Positions 40,205 through 50,253 of a stretch of DNA of 64,000 nt are shown piece after piece. The notes under the pieces are model-generated. The model saw only the letters and a list, made by a program, of their open reading frames with translations, was not told the DNA's origin and made no database searches. Numbering within the stretch: position 1 is the first letter of the stretch; each line of letters opens with the position of its first letter. The DNA is taken from NCBI GenBank assembly GCA_963764715.1, contig CAVXTP010000011.1:27979-91978 (forward strand), in the 5' to 3' direction. This stretch comes from an uncultured Acidobacteriota bacterium. GTDB lineage: Bacteria > Acidobacteriota > Thermoanaerobaculia > UBA5066 > Gp7-AA6. The position numbers and the translations under genes were made by a program.

Positions 40205-41554
40205 TCAGCCCGCGAGGGCCTCGACGCTCTCGCGAAAGACGCGGGTGTGGAGGTCGACGTCTTCGGCCGTCGTCTCGGGGCAGATCAGGGCCATGTTGTG
40301 GAACGGCGTCATGAGGATGCCGCGGTTCAGCGCCGCCAGGTGCATGTACCGGTCGAGCTCCGGGTCGATCGACGCCGCGGCCTCCGAACCGTTGCGGGGC
40401 GGCTGCTCCCGGAACCAGTACTCGGCGCGGCAACCGAGCCGGGCCACGTGCCACGGGAGCCCGCGCTCGGCGATGACGCCCTGGACGCCGTCGGCGAAGC
40501 GGCGCGCGAGCGGGATCGTGCGCGCGTACGCCGCCTCCGTCAGGACGTGCTCGAGCGTGGCGCGCATGGCGGCGAGCGAGAGGGCGTTGCCGGCGAGCGT
40601 GCCGCCGATCCCGCCCGTGTCCGACTCGTCGGCGCGGATCGATTCCTCGAGCCGCCGCGCGATCTCCGCGGTGACGCCGTAGACCGAGGCCGGCACGCCG
40701 CCCGCGATCGGCTTGCCGATCGTCAGCATGTCCGGCGCGAGGCCGAGCGTCCCGGTCATGCCGCCCGGGCCGGCCGAGATCGTGTGCGTCTCGTCGAGGA
40801 CGAGGAGCGTCCCGGCGCGCCGCGTCGCCTCGCGCAGGGCCGCGTGGAAGCCCGGCTCCGGGTGAACGATGCCGATGTTGGTCAGCGCAGGCTCGGCGAG
40901 CACGCACGCGACGTCTCCGTGCGCGAGCGCCGCCTCGAGCGCGGGAACGTCGTTGAACTCGACGACGCGCGTCGTCTCGAGCGGATCGACGGGCGGGCCG
41001 ATGTTCCCGGCGCGGCTGTGCGGCATTCCGCCGGACAGCGTGATGAACGTCTCGTCGACGGTCCCGTGGTAGCAGCCGTTGAAGACCAGGATTTTCGGGC
41101 GGCCGGTCAGGTGCCGGGCGAGCCGGATCGCGAAGCGGTTGGCGTCGGTCGCCGTCAGCGCCGCCTGCCAGAAGGGCAGGCCGAAACGCCGGGCGAGCTC
41201 CTCGCCGAGCCAGATCGCGTCCTCGGTCGGCAGCATGAACGTCATCCCGCGCCGCGCCTGCGCGGCCACGGCCTCGACCGTCGCGGGCGGGGCGTGGCCC
41301 GTCATCGCTCCGGTGTCCCCGAGGCAGAGGTCGAGGTATTGGTGCCCGTCGACGTCGGTGAAGTGCGCCCCCGACGCCTCGGCGACGAAGATCGGAAAGG
41401 GGCCCGCCCACCGCACCATCCAGTGCATCGGGACGCCCGCGAGCCAGTGGTCGCGGGCCCGCTCCGCGAGCCGCCGGGAGCGCGGCCTCGCGGCGGCGAA
41501 GCGTTCCTCCTCGCGCGCCAGGGCGGCCCGGAGGCGTCCGCGGTCGGGGAACAT
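40205..41554 (-). CDS. Class III PLP aminotransferase (glutamate-1-semialdehyde aminomutase-like, unknown substrate)
   Basis: DVDGHQYLD, YHG, EPALTN, LDETHT, TIGKPIAGG, GGTLAGN. Confidence 0.88.
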   Translation of the reverse strand: MFPDRGRLRAALAREEERFAAARPRSRRLAERARDHWLAGVPMHWMVRWAGPFPIFVAEASGAHFTDVDGHQYLDLCLGDTGAMTGHAPPATVEAVAAQARRGMTFMLPTEDAIWLGEELARRFGLPFWQAALTATDANRFAIRLARHLTGRPKILVFNGCYHGTVDETFITLSGGMPHSRAGNIGPPVDPLETTRVVEFNDVPALEAALAHGDVACVLAEPALTNIGIVHPEPGFHAALREATRRAGTLLVLDETHTISAGPGGMTGTLGLAPDMLTIGKPIAGGVPASVYGVTAEIARRLEESIRADESDTGGIGGTLAGNALSLAAMRATLEHVLTEAAYARTIPLARRFADGVQGVIAERGLPWHVARLGCRAEYWFREQPPRNGSEAAASIDPELDRYMHLAALNRGILMTPFHNMALICPETTAEDVDLHTRVFRESVEALAG

Positions 41555-41648
41555 GCGCCGGAGTATACGGAGCGCGTCGCCCGCCCCGGCTGCGTCTTGC
41601 GCTATCGTTCGGTCACGCCGAAGCCTTCCGGGGACCGTGGGAGGACCA

Positions 41649-41759
41649 ATGAAGCGGATCGTGCTCGCGGGAGGGCTCGCCGGGATCGCCGTCTTCGATT
41701 CGGCCGGAGACCGGCCCGCCGCCGGGCTCCTCGTGGCCGGGGTCCTCCGGTTGAAGTAG
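41649..41759 (+). pseudogene. 36-codon ORF, possible remnant of a membrane protein or a small protein
   Basis: Strong GGGAGG RBS; MKRIVLAGGLAGIAVF...GLLVAGVLRLK. Confidence 0.35.
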
Positions 41760-41828
41760 CCCCGTGAACGGACCGCGGGCGGCGTGGGGTCGGGTGGGCC
41801 CGTGACGACCTGGACGAGCGGCGGGGGG

Positions 41829-43919
41829 ATGCGCTCGGGGACGCCGACGGGGCGGTTCTCGGTCAAGCGCCTCCGGTCCGCCATCGCGCTCGGGCGCGCC
41901 TCGATCCGGGGCCGCGATCTCTTCGTCGCCAGCATCCCCGTGACGGCGTCGATCTTTCTGGCCGCCTACCTGTTCGTGCGGGGGCAGGAGGCGGAGCGGC
42001 GTCTTTTCGAGCAGAAGGCGCAGCTCCTGAGGGCGGCGATGGTCGAGCGGCTCTCGCAGCCCCTCGAGAGCATCACCGCGCTCTCGCGGTTCATGGAGGT
42101 GTCGGGCAGCGTCAACCGCCAGCAGTTCCGGCTGCTCTCGGCCCCGATGCTGGGGCGACACCGGTCGGTTTACGCGTTCGAGTGGCTTCCCTTCGTCCGC
42201 GAGGAGCATCGGGCGGACGTCGAGGCCGAGGCGCGCGCCGCGGGGCTCACCGACTACCGCATCTGGGAGACGGCGCCGGACGGCTCCCGGCGCGAGGCGT
42301 CGCCCCGGCCGTTCTACGTCCCGATCCAGTTCATGGAGCCGCCGGGCGCGGGAGCGCTCGGCTTCGACGTCACGTCGGAACCGGTCCGGCGCGCGATCGC
42401 GGAAAAGGCGAGGGACCGGGGCGAGATCGCGGCCACGCAGCCATTCCAGCTCGTGGAGGACACGGGGAAGGACACGTCGCCCGCCGTCGCGCTGTATGCG
42501 CCGGTGTATGCCGAAGGCGATCCCGCGACGGTCGCCGAGCGCCGCGCGGCGCTCACGGGCTTCGCCCTGGTGATCTTCCGCGTCGCGCCGCTGATGGAGT
42601 CCGCGGCCTCGCAGGCGGACGGGCGGGACATCGCCTACATCCTCCGGGACGCCGGCGCCCCGAGCTCGCCGACCCTCGCGGAACGGCCGCTGCGCTGGTC
42701 GCTGCTTCCGCGCCGCGAAGGCTTCGAGCAGAAGTTCGATTACGAGTTCGTCGACCGCAAGTGGGTGCTCGAGGCGGTCCCGCTTCCCGGGCGCTTCGAG
42801 CCTTCCTGGCGAGGCCCCATCGCCGCCGCGGTGATCGGCTTCCTGACGGGCGTGATCGGGCTCGCCCTGTGGGTCGCGCTGCGCCTGATCCTTCGCCTCA
42901 AGCGCCAGCGCGAGAAGGTCGGCCCGTACCGGCTCGTCCGCCGGCTCGGCCGGGGGGCGATGGGAGTGGTCTGGGAGGCCAGGCACGCCCTGCTCCGGCG
43001 GCCGACGGCGGTCAAGCTGCTCGCTCCCGGGACCGAGGGGGAGCGGGCGCTCGCGCGCTTCGAGCGCGAGGTCCAGCTGACGGCCGGCCTGACGCACCCG
43101 AGCACGATCGCCATCTACGACTACGGCCGCACCGCCGACGGCGTCTTCTATTACGCGATGGAGCTCCTGCGCGGCATCAACCTGCAGCAGCTGGTGTCGT
43201 TCGACGGTCCGCTGGTGCCGGGCCGCGTGGTGCACCTGTTGCGGCAGGCCTGCGGGGCGCTGTCCGAGGCGCACGCGGCCGGCCTGATCCACCGGGACAT
43301 CAAGCCGGCGAACCTGATGGCCTGCATCTACGGCGGGATCCCCGACTTCCTGAAGGTCCTCGACTTCGGCCTCGTCAAGGCGATCGGCGCCGGAGACGGG
43401 GCGTTGCCCGAAGGCGGGGCGGGCGACGAGGGGGATGCGTCGCTGTCGCAGGACGGCTCGCTGCTGGGCACGCCGCTCTACATGGCCCCCGAAGGAATGA
43501 GCGATCCGACGGGCGTCGACGCGCGCGCCGACATCTTCGCCCTGGGGGCGGTCGGTTATTTCCTGCTGACGGGGAAGGCGCCGTTTCCGGGCCGCACGGC
43601 GATCGAGGTCTTCAAGCTCGAGCGGCACGGGCCGCCGATCCCCCTGGCGAAGGCGGCGCCGGTCGCGGTGCCGGAGGCCCTCGACGCGACCATCGGCCGC
43701 TGCCTGTCCTTCGACCGCGGCCTCCGGCCGCCCTCCGCGGAAGCGCTCGATGCCCTCCTCGAGGGCTGCGCGGTCGCACCGCCCTGGACGCTCTCCCAGG
43801 CGCGGGCCTGGTGGCATGACCGGGGGGAAGCCGCCCTGGACGCGACCCGGCCGGGTCCCGACGAGCGGGAGAGCGGGCAGGCGGTGTTCCCGGCGACGGC
43901 GAGCGGTAGCCAGGGCTGA
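41829..43919 (+). CDS. CHASE-domain sensor fused to a Hanks-type Ser/Thr kinase (start uncertain)
   Basis: TM-CHASE (FEWLP, ALGFDV, ARDRG..ATQPFQLV)-TM; LGRGAMG, AVK, IHRDIKPAN, DFG, GTPLYMAPE. Confidence 0.85.
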   Translation: MRSGTPTGRFSVKRLRSAIALGRASIRGRDLFVASIPVTASIFLAAYLFVRGQEAERRLFEQKAQLLRAAMVERLSQPLESITALSRFMEVSGSVNRQQFRLLSAPMLGRHRSVYAFEWLPFVREEHRADVEAEARAAGLTDYRIWETAPDGSRREASPRPFYVPIQFMEPPGAGALGFDVTSEPVRRAIAEKARDRGEIAATQPFQLVEDTGKDTSPAVALYAPVYAEGDPATVAERRAALTGFALVIFRVAPLMESAASQADGRDIAYILRDAGAPSSPTLAERPLRWSLLPRREGFEQKFDYEFVDRKWVLEAVPLPGRFEPSWRGPIAAAVIGFLTGVIGLALWVALRLILRLKRQREKVGPYRLVRRLGRGAMGVVWEARHALLRRPTAVKLLAPGTEGERALARFEREVQLTAGLTHPSTIAIYDYGRTADGVFYYAMELLRGINLQQLVSFDGPLVPGRVVHLLRQACGALSEAHAAGLIHRDIKPANLMACIYGGIPDFLKVLDFGLVKAIGAGDGALPEGGAGDEGDASLSQDGSLLGTPLYMAPEGMSDPTGVDARADIFALGAVGYFLLTGKAPFPGRTAIEVFKLERHGPPIPLAKAAPVAVPEALDATIGRCLSFDRGLRPPSAEALDALLEGCAVAPPWTLSQARAWWHDRGEAALDATRPGPDERESGQAVFPATASGSQG

Positions 43920-43972
43920 CTTCTCCGCCGGCGCCCGCGATAGCATAGCGGCCAATCCAAGCGAGGTCCGAC

Positions 43973-44296
43973 ATGCTGAACATGGAAGCCGCCTTCGACC
44001 GCATCGGATCGGCGCTGAAGGAGCGGGGCTACGCCCTCAAGAAGGACGAGCGGCCCGCCGACGCCCCCGGCGATCGCATCGTCGTCTTTCAATCGCCCGA
44101 CATGCATGTCCGGGTCCGCTGGCACGGCAAGCCCCGCATGCTGACGCTCCAGGTTCAGGTCGACGGCGAGTGGGTCGAGTTCGCGCGCCGCAATTTCGGC
44201 CCCGCCGGCCTCGAGGAGACCTCGGTCGACGCGCTCGTGCGCGCCGTGCGCAACGAGGTCGCGGAGACCTCGACCGACTCGGACGCCGCCTCGTAA
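43973..44296 (+). CDS. Hypothetical protein
   Basis: GAGG RBS, typical codon usage, fills the gap. Confidence 0.65.
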   Translation: MLNMEAAFDRIGSALKERGYALKKDERPADAPGDRIVVFQSPDMHVRVRWHGKPRMLTLQVQVDGEWVEFARRNFGPAGLEETSVDALVRAVRNEVAETSTDSDAAS

Positions 44297-44320
44297 GCGG
44301 GAGTCTCGCCCGCCCGGATC

Positions 44321-44841
44321 TCAGCGCTCGACGACGTACTCGAGCCGCACGATCCCCGACGCTTTGAAAACCCGGCTTCCCGTCAGCTTCAGCTTCGTTC
44401 GGACGGCGCGCCCCGGGAGGACGGGGATCCCGCCTCCGAGAAGCACCGGGACCATCGCCAGCTCGACCGAGTCGACGAGCCCGAGGTCGAGGAGGCTCGC
44501 AAAGAGCGAGCCCCGCCGAAGAGCCAGATGTCCTTGCCCGGCTCCGCCTTGAGCCGCGAGACGTTTTCCGCGAGCCCCGCTTCGCCGAGGACCGTCACGC
44601 CGGGATGGTTCGCGGGGGAGAGCGTCCGCGAGACCACGACCGTCTTCTTTCCGGGGGTCGTTTCCCGACCGACCGCCACGGCCAGGTCGAACGTCCGGCG
44701 GCCCATCAGGAGCGTGTCGAAGCGCGCGAACATCTCCTCGAAGTCGACCTCGGGATCCTGAACGATCCAGTCGTACTCGCCCTGCGGCCCGGCGATGTAG
44801 CCGTCGAGGCTGGTGGCGACCTGGTAGCAGAGTCTTCGCAT
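44321..44841 (-). CDS. Dihydrofolate reductase/RibD C-terminal family protein; 1-nt frameshift near 44512
   Basis: SLDGYIA, LMGRRTF, KDIWLFGG then (shifted) SLFASLLDLGLVD..PVLLGGGIP..SGIVRLEY. Confidence 0.88.
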
Positions 44842-44864
44842 GGCGGCCTCCGCTCGCTCCGAGT

Positions 44865-46124
44865 CTAGCTCCGGCCGGGGGGCGCGGTCAGCGGCTCGAC
44901 GAGCGCGAGCTTCCGCCGGAGGAAGCGGCGCTCGCGGTCGTTCGTCACGAGCTCGAGGGCGCGCCGGCAGGCGGCGGCGGCTTCGGATCGGCGGCCGAGC
45001 CGCGCCAGGAGCTCCGCCCGCGCCGCGGGCAGCAGGTGGTACGCCGCGAGCTCGCCGCCGCGGTCGAGGGCGTCGAGCCGGCGCAGTCCCTCCTCGGGCC
45101 CGAAGGCCTCGGCGACGGCGACCGCGTGGTTCAGGGCGATGACGGGGGAGGGATGGCGCGCCAGGAGCTCGCGGTAGAGCTCCGCGATCTGGGGCCAGTC
45201 CGTCTCGTCCGCGCGCGCGGCCTCCGCGTGGACGGCCGCGATCGCGGCCTGGAGCGCGTAGAAGCCGGGACCGCCGCGCTCGAGGGCCGACCGGGTCAGC
45301 GCGACGCCTTCCCGGATCGCCTCCCGGTCCCAGAGGCCGCGATCCTGGTCCTCGAGCAGGACGATCTCGCCCGAGTCCGAAAACCGCGCCGCCCGCCGCG
45401 AGTCGTGGAGGAGCATCAGCGCGAGGAGGGCGCTCGCCTCCGTCGACGCCGGCATGAGCTCCGCGACGAGCCGGGCGAGTCGGATCGCCTCCGCGCAGAG
45501 CGCGTCGCGCCGGAGCTCCTCGCCCGACGTGGCGGCGTAGCTCTCGTTGAAGACGAGGTAGAGCGTCCGCAGCACGGCGTCGAGCCTCTCCGGCAGGTCC
45601 TCGTCCGCGGGAACGCGGTAGGGAATGCCGGCGCCGCGGATCTTCGCCTTGGCGCGCACCAGGCGCTGCGCCATCGTCGGCGCCGGCACGAGGAACGCGC
45701 GTGCGATCTCCTCGGTCGTGAGCCCGCCGAGCGTCCGGAGCGTCAGGGCGATCTGCGCCTCGACGGCGAGCGCGGGGTGGCAGCAGGTGAAGATCAGGCG
45801 GAGGCGGTCGTCCTCCGGCCGTCCGCCCGGGCCGTCGGCGAACTGCGGCGGGGCGTCCTCCTCGAGCGCGGCCCATCGGGCGAGCTCCTCGCGCTTCTCC
45901 CGGAACCGGGCGTCGCGCCGCAGGCGGTCGATCGCCTTGTGCCGGGCGGTCGAGACGAGCCAGGCCCGGGGATTCTGCGGAACGCCGCCCCCCGGCCATC
46001 GCTCGAGCGCCGCGGCGAAGGCGTCGTGCATGACCTCCTCGGCGAGGTCGAAGTCGCCGACGAGCCGGATGAGGGTCGCGAGGATGCGGCCCGACTCGGC
46101 GCGGTAGAGGTTCTCGATCGACAT
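44865..46124 (-). CDS. ECF sigma factor with C-terminal extension (DUF6596/TPR; ECF42-like)
   Basis: [43 protein letters not shown]; adjacent DGPF gene. Confidence 0.9.
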   Translation of the reverse strand: MSIENLYRAESGRILATLIRLVGDFDLAEEVMHDAFAAALERWPGGGVPQNPRAWLVSTARHKAIDRLRRDARFREKREELARWAALEEDAPPQFADGPGGRPEDDRLRLIFTCCHPALAVEAQIALTLRTLGGLTTEEIARAFLVPAPTMAQRLVRAKAKIRGAGIPYRVPADEDLPERLDAVLRTLYLVFNESYAATSGEELRRDALCAEAIRLARLVAELMPASTEASALLALMLLHDSRRAARFSDSGEIVLLEDQDRGLWDREAIREGVALTRSALERGGPGFYALQAAIAAVHAEAARADETDWPQIAELYRELLARHPSPVIALNHAVAVAEAFGPEEGLRRLDALDRGGELAAYHLLPAARAELLARLGRRSEAAAACRRALELVTNDRERRFLRRKLALVEPLTAPPGRS

Positions 46125-46172
46125 GGAATCGCCCCGGCGACGCGACGGCCGCCGGGGCGGCGGTCGCCCGGC

Positions 46173-46523
46173 CTAGGGCATCTCCATCACGGGACGGATC
46201 TCGATCGAGCCCATCCTCGCGCCCGGGATGCGGGCCGCGAGCGACGTGGCCTCGTCGAGATCGCGGGCCTTCACGACGTAGTAGCCGCCGAGCTGCTCCC
46301 GGGTCTCGGCGAACGGGCCGTCGGTCGACACCGTCTTTCCGTTGCGGACCTGGATCGTGGTCGCGGTGCCGGTCGGCTCCAGACCGTCCCCCGCGACGTA
46401 GTGCCCGCTCTTGCGGATCTGGTCGGTGAAGGTCATGTATTCCTGGTAGAGCTCGACCCGGCCCTTCTCGTCGAGCGAGGTCCAGTCGGACTCCTTCGTG
46501 TAGATCAGAAGCATGTAGCGCAT
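46173..46523 (-). CDS. YciI/DGPF family protein
   Basis: TDGPFAETREQLGGYY, IEIRP. Confidence 0.92.
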   Translation of the reverse strand: MRYMLLIYTKESDWTSLDEKGRVELYQEYMTFTDQIRKSGHYVAGDGLEPTGTATTIQVRNGKTVSTDGPFAETREQLGGYYVVKARDLDEATSLAARIPGARMGSIEIRPVMEMP

Positions 46524-46594
46524 GGTTCGTCCCCTTTCCTACTCTAGTCGAACGGGGACGTTCGGAATCGACAGGTCCCGGGCGGGACCGTCGC

Positions 46595-48121
46595 TCAGAT
46601 GGACGTTTCGCGGTCGAGGACGGCAATGGCCTCGTCGTAGATGCGGTCGGCTTCCTCGGGGCTCCCGCCGATCGCCGTGAGCCCGACTTTCCCGTACTGG
46701 GAGATGGCGCCGATCATGTGGAAGAGCGCCCCGGTTTCGCTGCCGTGGCTGTAGTGCAGCCGGTGAAACGTCATGATGTCGATCAGGTCCTCCGGGGTGA
46801 GGCCCCGGTAGGCGTCGGACCGCAGGTTGTCGGTCGAGCGGTAGAACCGGTGGCGCCCCGTCGGCGACACGAAGTTCCCGGATTCCGGATCGAGCCGCCC
46901 GCCCGTCAGGAACTGCAGGGCGAGGAACGGGTGGGTCGTTCCGCCGATGCGGAGGTTGATCTCGAGGGCGTAGGGCTCCCACGCCGAGGCTCCGGCCGCG
47001 CGGCCGACGAAGAAGTCGACGCCGAGACGGCTCACGACGCCGCGACGGGAGAGGACGCCGCCGACCGCGCGGGCCGCGTTCTGGATCGCCCGCCGGTACG
47101 GCTCGGCGGCCGGGAACCGGCATCCCTGGTAGACGTGCCCCGACGCTCCGCCGAGGAGCTGATCGTGGCTCGAGATGAGGACGACTTCGCCCGCCGGATC
47201 GATGCGGAGCTGGACGCTCGGCGACGCGGACTCCGGATACTCGAGGAGCTCCTCGGCGATGCCTCCCATGCTCGCGAACTTCCGGCGATACGCCTCGGGG
47301 GTTTCCGTCGGGACCGCGAAGGCGAGGCGGTCGAGCGCGTCGCGCAGGGGCGCGCGGCCCGGTTCCTGCGGGAAGGAGAAGACGGCGTTGCCCTCGCCCG
47401 AAAAGCTCTCGTCGAGCTTCACGACGGCGCGCCGCAGGCCCGGTCGGCGCTGTCGCAGCTCCTCGAGGGCCCCGACGAGATCGTCCTCGGAGCGAAGGTC
47501 CTCGGAGCCCTCGGGCAGCGCCACGCCGGCCTCGCGGAAGACCTTCCGGCTCCCCGATTTCGTCCCGAGGTGGGACAGGGCGGGGTCGACGCCGTTCAGC
47601 GGAATGCCGAGAAGGACGGCGAGCTTGCGCTCGAGCGGTGTGGAGTTGAAGACCGTCATGAACGCCCGGCTCTGATCCACGATTCCGTACCGGATCCTCT
47701 GAATCAGCCGCGGCCGCTCGAGGACCTTCTCCGTCAGCGAGCGCGGCGACGAGTCGTAGGCGCACAGGAGCGTCAGCCGGGCGCGGGCGTGGCTCGCCGG
47801 GATCCCCGCGAGGAGGTGAAAGTAGTACTCGAGGATCAGGGGATGGATCGGCTGGGACGTGACGTAGACCATCCGCGCCTGGGGATTGCGCAGGCGGATG
47901 AGGAGAAACAGGAGCCGCTCCTCGTAGAAGCTGGCGCCGTCGAGCTTGCTGAGCTCCGACTGGTCGAGCGTGAGCGAGGGAATGACGACCGAGGTGTAAG
48001 GCTCCTCCTCGCGGGCGGAGAGCGCGTTCCAGAGGTCGCGCAGGCGCGGCTTGAGGCGCTCGAACGCCGCGATCTCGTCGCTAAGGGAGAGATCGCCCGG
48101 GAACGGCGGCTTTGGAATCAC
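46595..48121 (-). CDS. PGM1-related ATP-grasp peptide ligase-like protein (start uncertain; alternative ATG 48169)
   Basis: VVIPSL, YEERLLF, GTKSGSR, KLDESFSGEGNA, SPSVQ, YQGCRFPA, EINLRIGGTTHP. Confidence 0.8.
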   Translation of the reverse strand: MIPKPPFPGDLSLSDEIAAFERLKPRLRDLWNALSAREEEPYTSVVIPSLTLDQSELSKLDGASFYEERLLFLLIRLRNPQARMVYVTSQPIHPLILEYYFHLLAGIPASHARARLTLLCAYDSSPRSLTEKVLERPRLIQRIRYGIVDQSRAFMTVFNSTPLERKLAVLLGIPLNGVDPALSHLGTKSGSRKVFREAGVALPEGSEDLRSEDDLVGALEELRQRRPGLRRAVVKLDESFSGEGNAVFSFPQEPGRAPLRDALDRLAFAVPTETPEAYRRKFASMGGIAEELLEYPESASPSVQLRIDPAGEVVLISSHDQLLGGASGHVYQGCRFPAAEPYRRAIQNAARAVGGVLSRRGVVSRLGVDFFVGRAAGASAWEPYALEINLRIGGTTHPFLALQFLTGGRLDPESGNFVSPTGRHRFYRSTDNLRSDAYRGLTPEDLIDIMTFHRLHYSHGSETGALFHMIGAISQYGKVGLTAIGGSPEEADRIYDEAIAVLDRETSI

Positions 48122-48986
48122 CCGTGGATTCTGGTTCCGCGCCCTCACGGGCGATTGATGCCGATGCATCAGGTCGTGGTGTCGGGAGTGATCGGGCCTC
48201 GACGCGCCGCTGGCGATCGCTGACCGCCCGGTCCCGGCCGCCGGCCTTTCCCGCGTAGAGCGCGAGGTCCGCACGCTGAAAGAGCGTGTCGGACTCCTCG
48301 CCGCGGGTCGTCGCGACGCCGACCGTGACCGAGACGGTTCGCTCGACGCCGCCGACGCGGAGCGGCTTGCGGCGCAGCCCGCCGATCAGCGCGTCGGCCT
48401 GCCGCCGGGCCGCCGCGTCGTCCGCCCCCCGAAGGAGGAGGGCGAATTCGTCGCCTCCCCAGCGCGCCGCGACGTCGTCCTCGCGCTTGCACTGGCGGAG
48501 GACGTCGGCCACGTGCCGCAGCGCCGCGTCGCCGGCGGCGTGGCCGTGCGTGTCGTTGATCGACTTGAGCTCGTCGACGTCGATCAGGAGGAGCGCCAGC
48601 GGCTCGCTGTAGCGGACGGAGTGCTCGACGGCGCGCCGGTACCGCTCGAGAAACGCGCGGCCGTTGGCGAGCCGGGTCAGGCCGTCGTGCTCGGCGAGGT
48701 CCCGGTAGAGATCGCGGCCGGCGCGATACCGGTCGGCCCGGCGTCCGACGATCCAACCCGCGGCCCCGAACGCCGCGCAGGACCCGAGGAGCTGGTAGCC
48801 GTAGAAGAACTCGTTCCGGACGAGCTCGGCGGGAACGTCCCGGACGCCGCCCAGGACCCGGATCGCGAGCGCCCCGGCGGGAGCGGCGAGGCCGAGGGCT
48901 ACGCCGAGGAGGGCGTAGGCCCAGGCCGCCGGCATCCGCGGCGCGCGGCCCCCGTTCGGGGGCGGGCTCGGTCCTGAGCCCGGCAT
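48081..48986 (-). CDS. Membrane-anchored GGDEF diguanylate cyclase
   Basis: Two TM; HDGLTRLAN, DVDELKSINDTHGHAAGD, RxxD I-site, RWGGDEF; ATG 1 nt after the cytochrome stop; true 3' end uncertain. Confidence 0.88.
   Translation of the reverse strand: MPGSGPSPPPNGGRAPRMPAAWAYALLGVALGLAAPAGALAIRVLGGVRDVPAELVRNEFFYGYQLLGSCAAFGAAGWIVGRRADRYRAGRDLYRDLAEHDGLTRLANGRAFLERYRRAVEHSVRYSEPLALLLIDVDELKSINDTHGHAAGDAALRHVADVLRQCKREDDVAARWGGDEFALLLRGADDAAARRQADALIGGLRRKPLRVGGVERTVSVTVGVATTRGEESDTLFQRADLALYAGKAGGRDRAVSDRQRRVEARSLPTPRPDASASIAREGAEPESTGDSKAAVPGRSLP
48156..48171. promoter_or_regulatory. TGATG-N6-CATCA palindrome (putative activator site)
   Basis: TGATGCCGATGCATCA; 22 nt upstream of CAGAAT -10-like box on the minus strand. 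Confidence 0.55.
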
Positions 48987-48987
48987 C

Positions 48988-50253
48988 TCACGGCTCCCGG
49001 CGCCGATCGAGGTCGCGGATCTTGACGACGAGCGCCACGATCGCGAGGAGGATGAGCCCGAGCGAACCGAAGAGGCCCTTGCGCCGGAACTCACGCTCGG
49101 AGTGGATCCTGGCCGCCGCGGCGGACGCCGTGCGCGTCACGGCGAGGCCTCCGTCCACGGCCTTCTTCACGGCCGCGGGATCGAAGAGGTGAACGTCGGC
49201 GCGCGCCTTGGTCAGCGCCTCGTCGGCGTGGGAGAGCTCGAACTGGACGCGCGAGACCTCCATGCCGGCCTCGGCCTCGACCTTGAGGAGGGCCTTGGCG
49301 GCCGCCGTGTCGTCGCGCAGCCGGCGCAAGTCGGCGTACATCGCCGCCGCGGCCTGCGCGCCCTTCGTGCCGGCCTCGTGGCAGGAGGAGCACTTGCTGG
49401 CGGAGCCGTCGGCGAGGAACTCGTCGGTCGGGTGAACGATCGCGTGGTTCTCGTGGCAGGTCACGCATCCCGGCAGGTCGAGCTCCGCGAACGCCTTCTG
49501 GTGCGGGCTCGCCTTGAACTGGTCGGCGAAGATCGAGTGGCAGGTGCCGCAGACGTTGGCGACCGAGCCCACGTTGGGCGGAGCGGCGCCGTGGTTGCCG
49601 TGGCAGGAGTTGCAGGTCGGGGCGGAGAGGTCGCCCTTCTTCGTCAGCATCTCGAAGTGCACGCTCTCCTTGTACTTCGCGTACACGTCCGACGGGAGCT
49701 TGTGCGCGGCCATCAGGCCGGCGTCGCCGTGGCAGTGGTTGCAGGTCTCGGCCATGCGCGTCGGATAGACCGGCGAGCGTGCGTCCTTCACCGGCAGGAC
49801 GCCGTGCGCCCCATGGCAGCTGACGCAGGTCGCCACCTTCTCGTCGCCCGCCGCGAGCTTCTTGCCGTGGCCGCTCGTGCGGTACTCGACGAGCTGGTCG
49901 ACCCGCAGGCTGGGGTTGTACTGCTTCATCCGGGCGGCGTCGCCGTGGCAGTCCCCGCAGAGGCCCGGGATCTCCCGCGGCGAGGGCTTCCCCCGGAATC
50001 CCTTGCGGCGGTCGTGCGCCGCGTCCTGGTCCTCGGCCTTCGGGTCTCCGCCGTGGCAGCTGGCGCAGGTGAATCCGGTGCGCGCGTGGAGATCGTCCGC
50101 GAACGCCTTCGCCGGAGGCGTCAGGCGGGCGTCGTCGAGCGCGAGGTGGCAGTCCACGCACGTGGAGGAAGCCGGCGCGGGCTCCGGGGGAACGCCGCGC
50201 GCCGGGGCCGCCCAGAGCACGCCCGCGATCGCGGCGGCGGCGAGGGTCTTCAC
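48988..50253 (-). CDS. Nonaheme cytochrome c with C-terminal membrane anchor
   Basis: GTG start overlapping the cytochrome b stop; signal peptide; 9 CxxCH; C-terminal TM. Confidence 0.92.
   Translation of the reverse strand: MKTLAAAAIAGVLWAAPARGVPPEPAPASSTCVDCHLALDDARLTPPAKAFADDLHARTGFTCASCHGGDPKAEDQDAAHDRRKGFRGKPSPREIPGLCGDCHGDAARMKQYNPSLRVDQLVEYRTSGHGKKLAAGDEKVATCVSCHGAHGVLPVKDARSPVYPTRMAETCNHCHGDAGLMAAHKLPSDVYAKYKESVHFEMLTKKGDLSAPTCNSCHGNHGAAPPNVGSVANVCGTCHSIFADQFKASPHQKAFAELDLPGCVTCHENHAIVHPTDEFLADGSASKCSSCHEAGTKGAQAAAAMYADLRRLRDDTAAAKALLKVEAEAGMEVSRVQFELSHADEALTKARADVHLFDPAAVKKAVDGGLAVTRTASAAAARIHSEREFRRKGLFGSLGLILLAIVALVVKIRDLDRRREP

Noticed and set aside
40205-41554. hemL
   Set aside because: Lacks typical HemL N-terminal motifs (PGGVNSPVR) and heme-biosynthesis context
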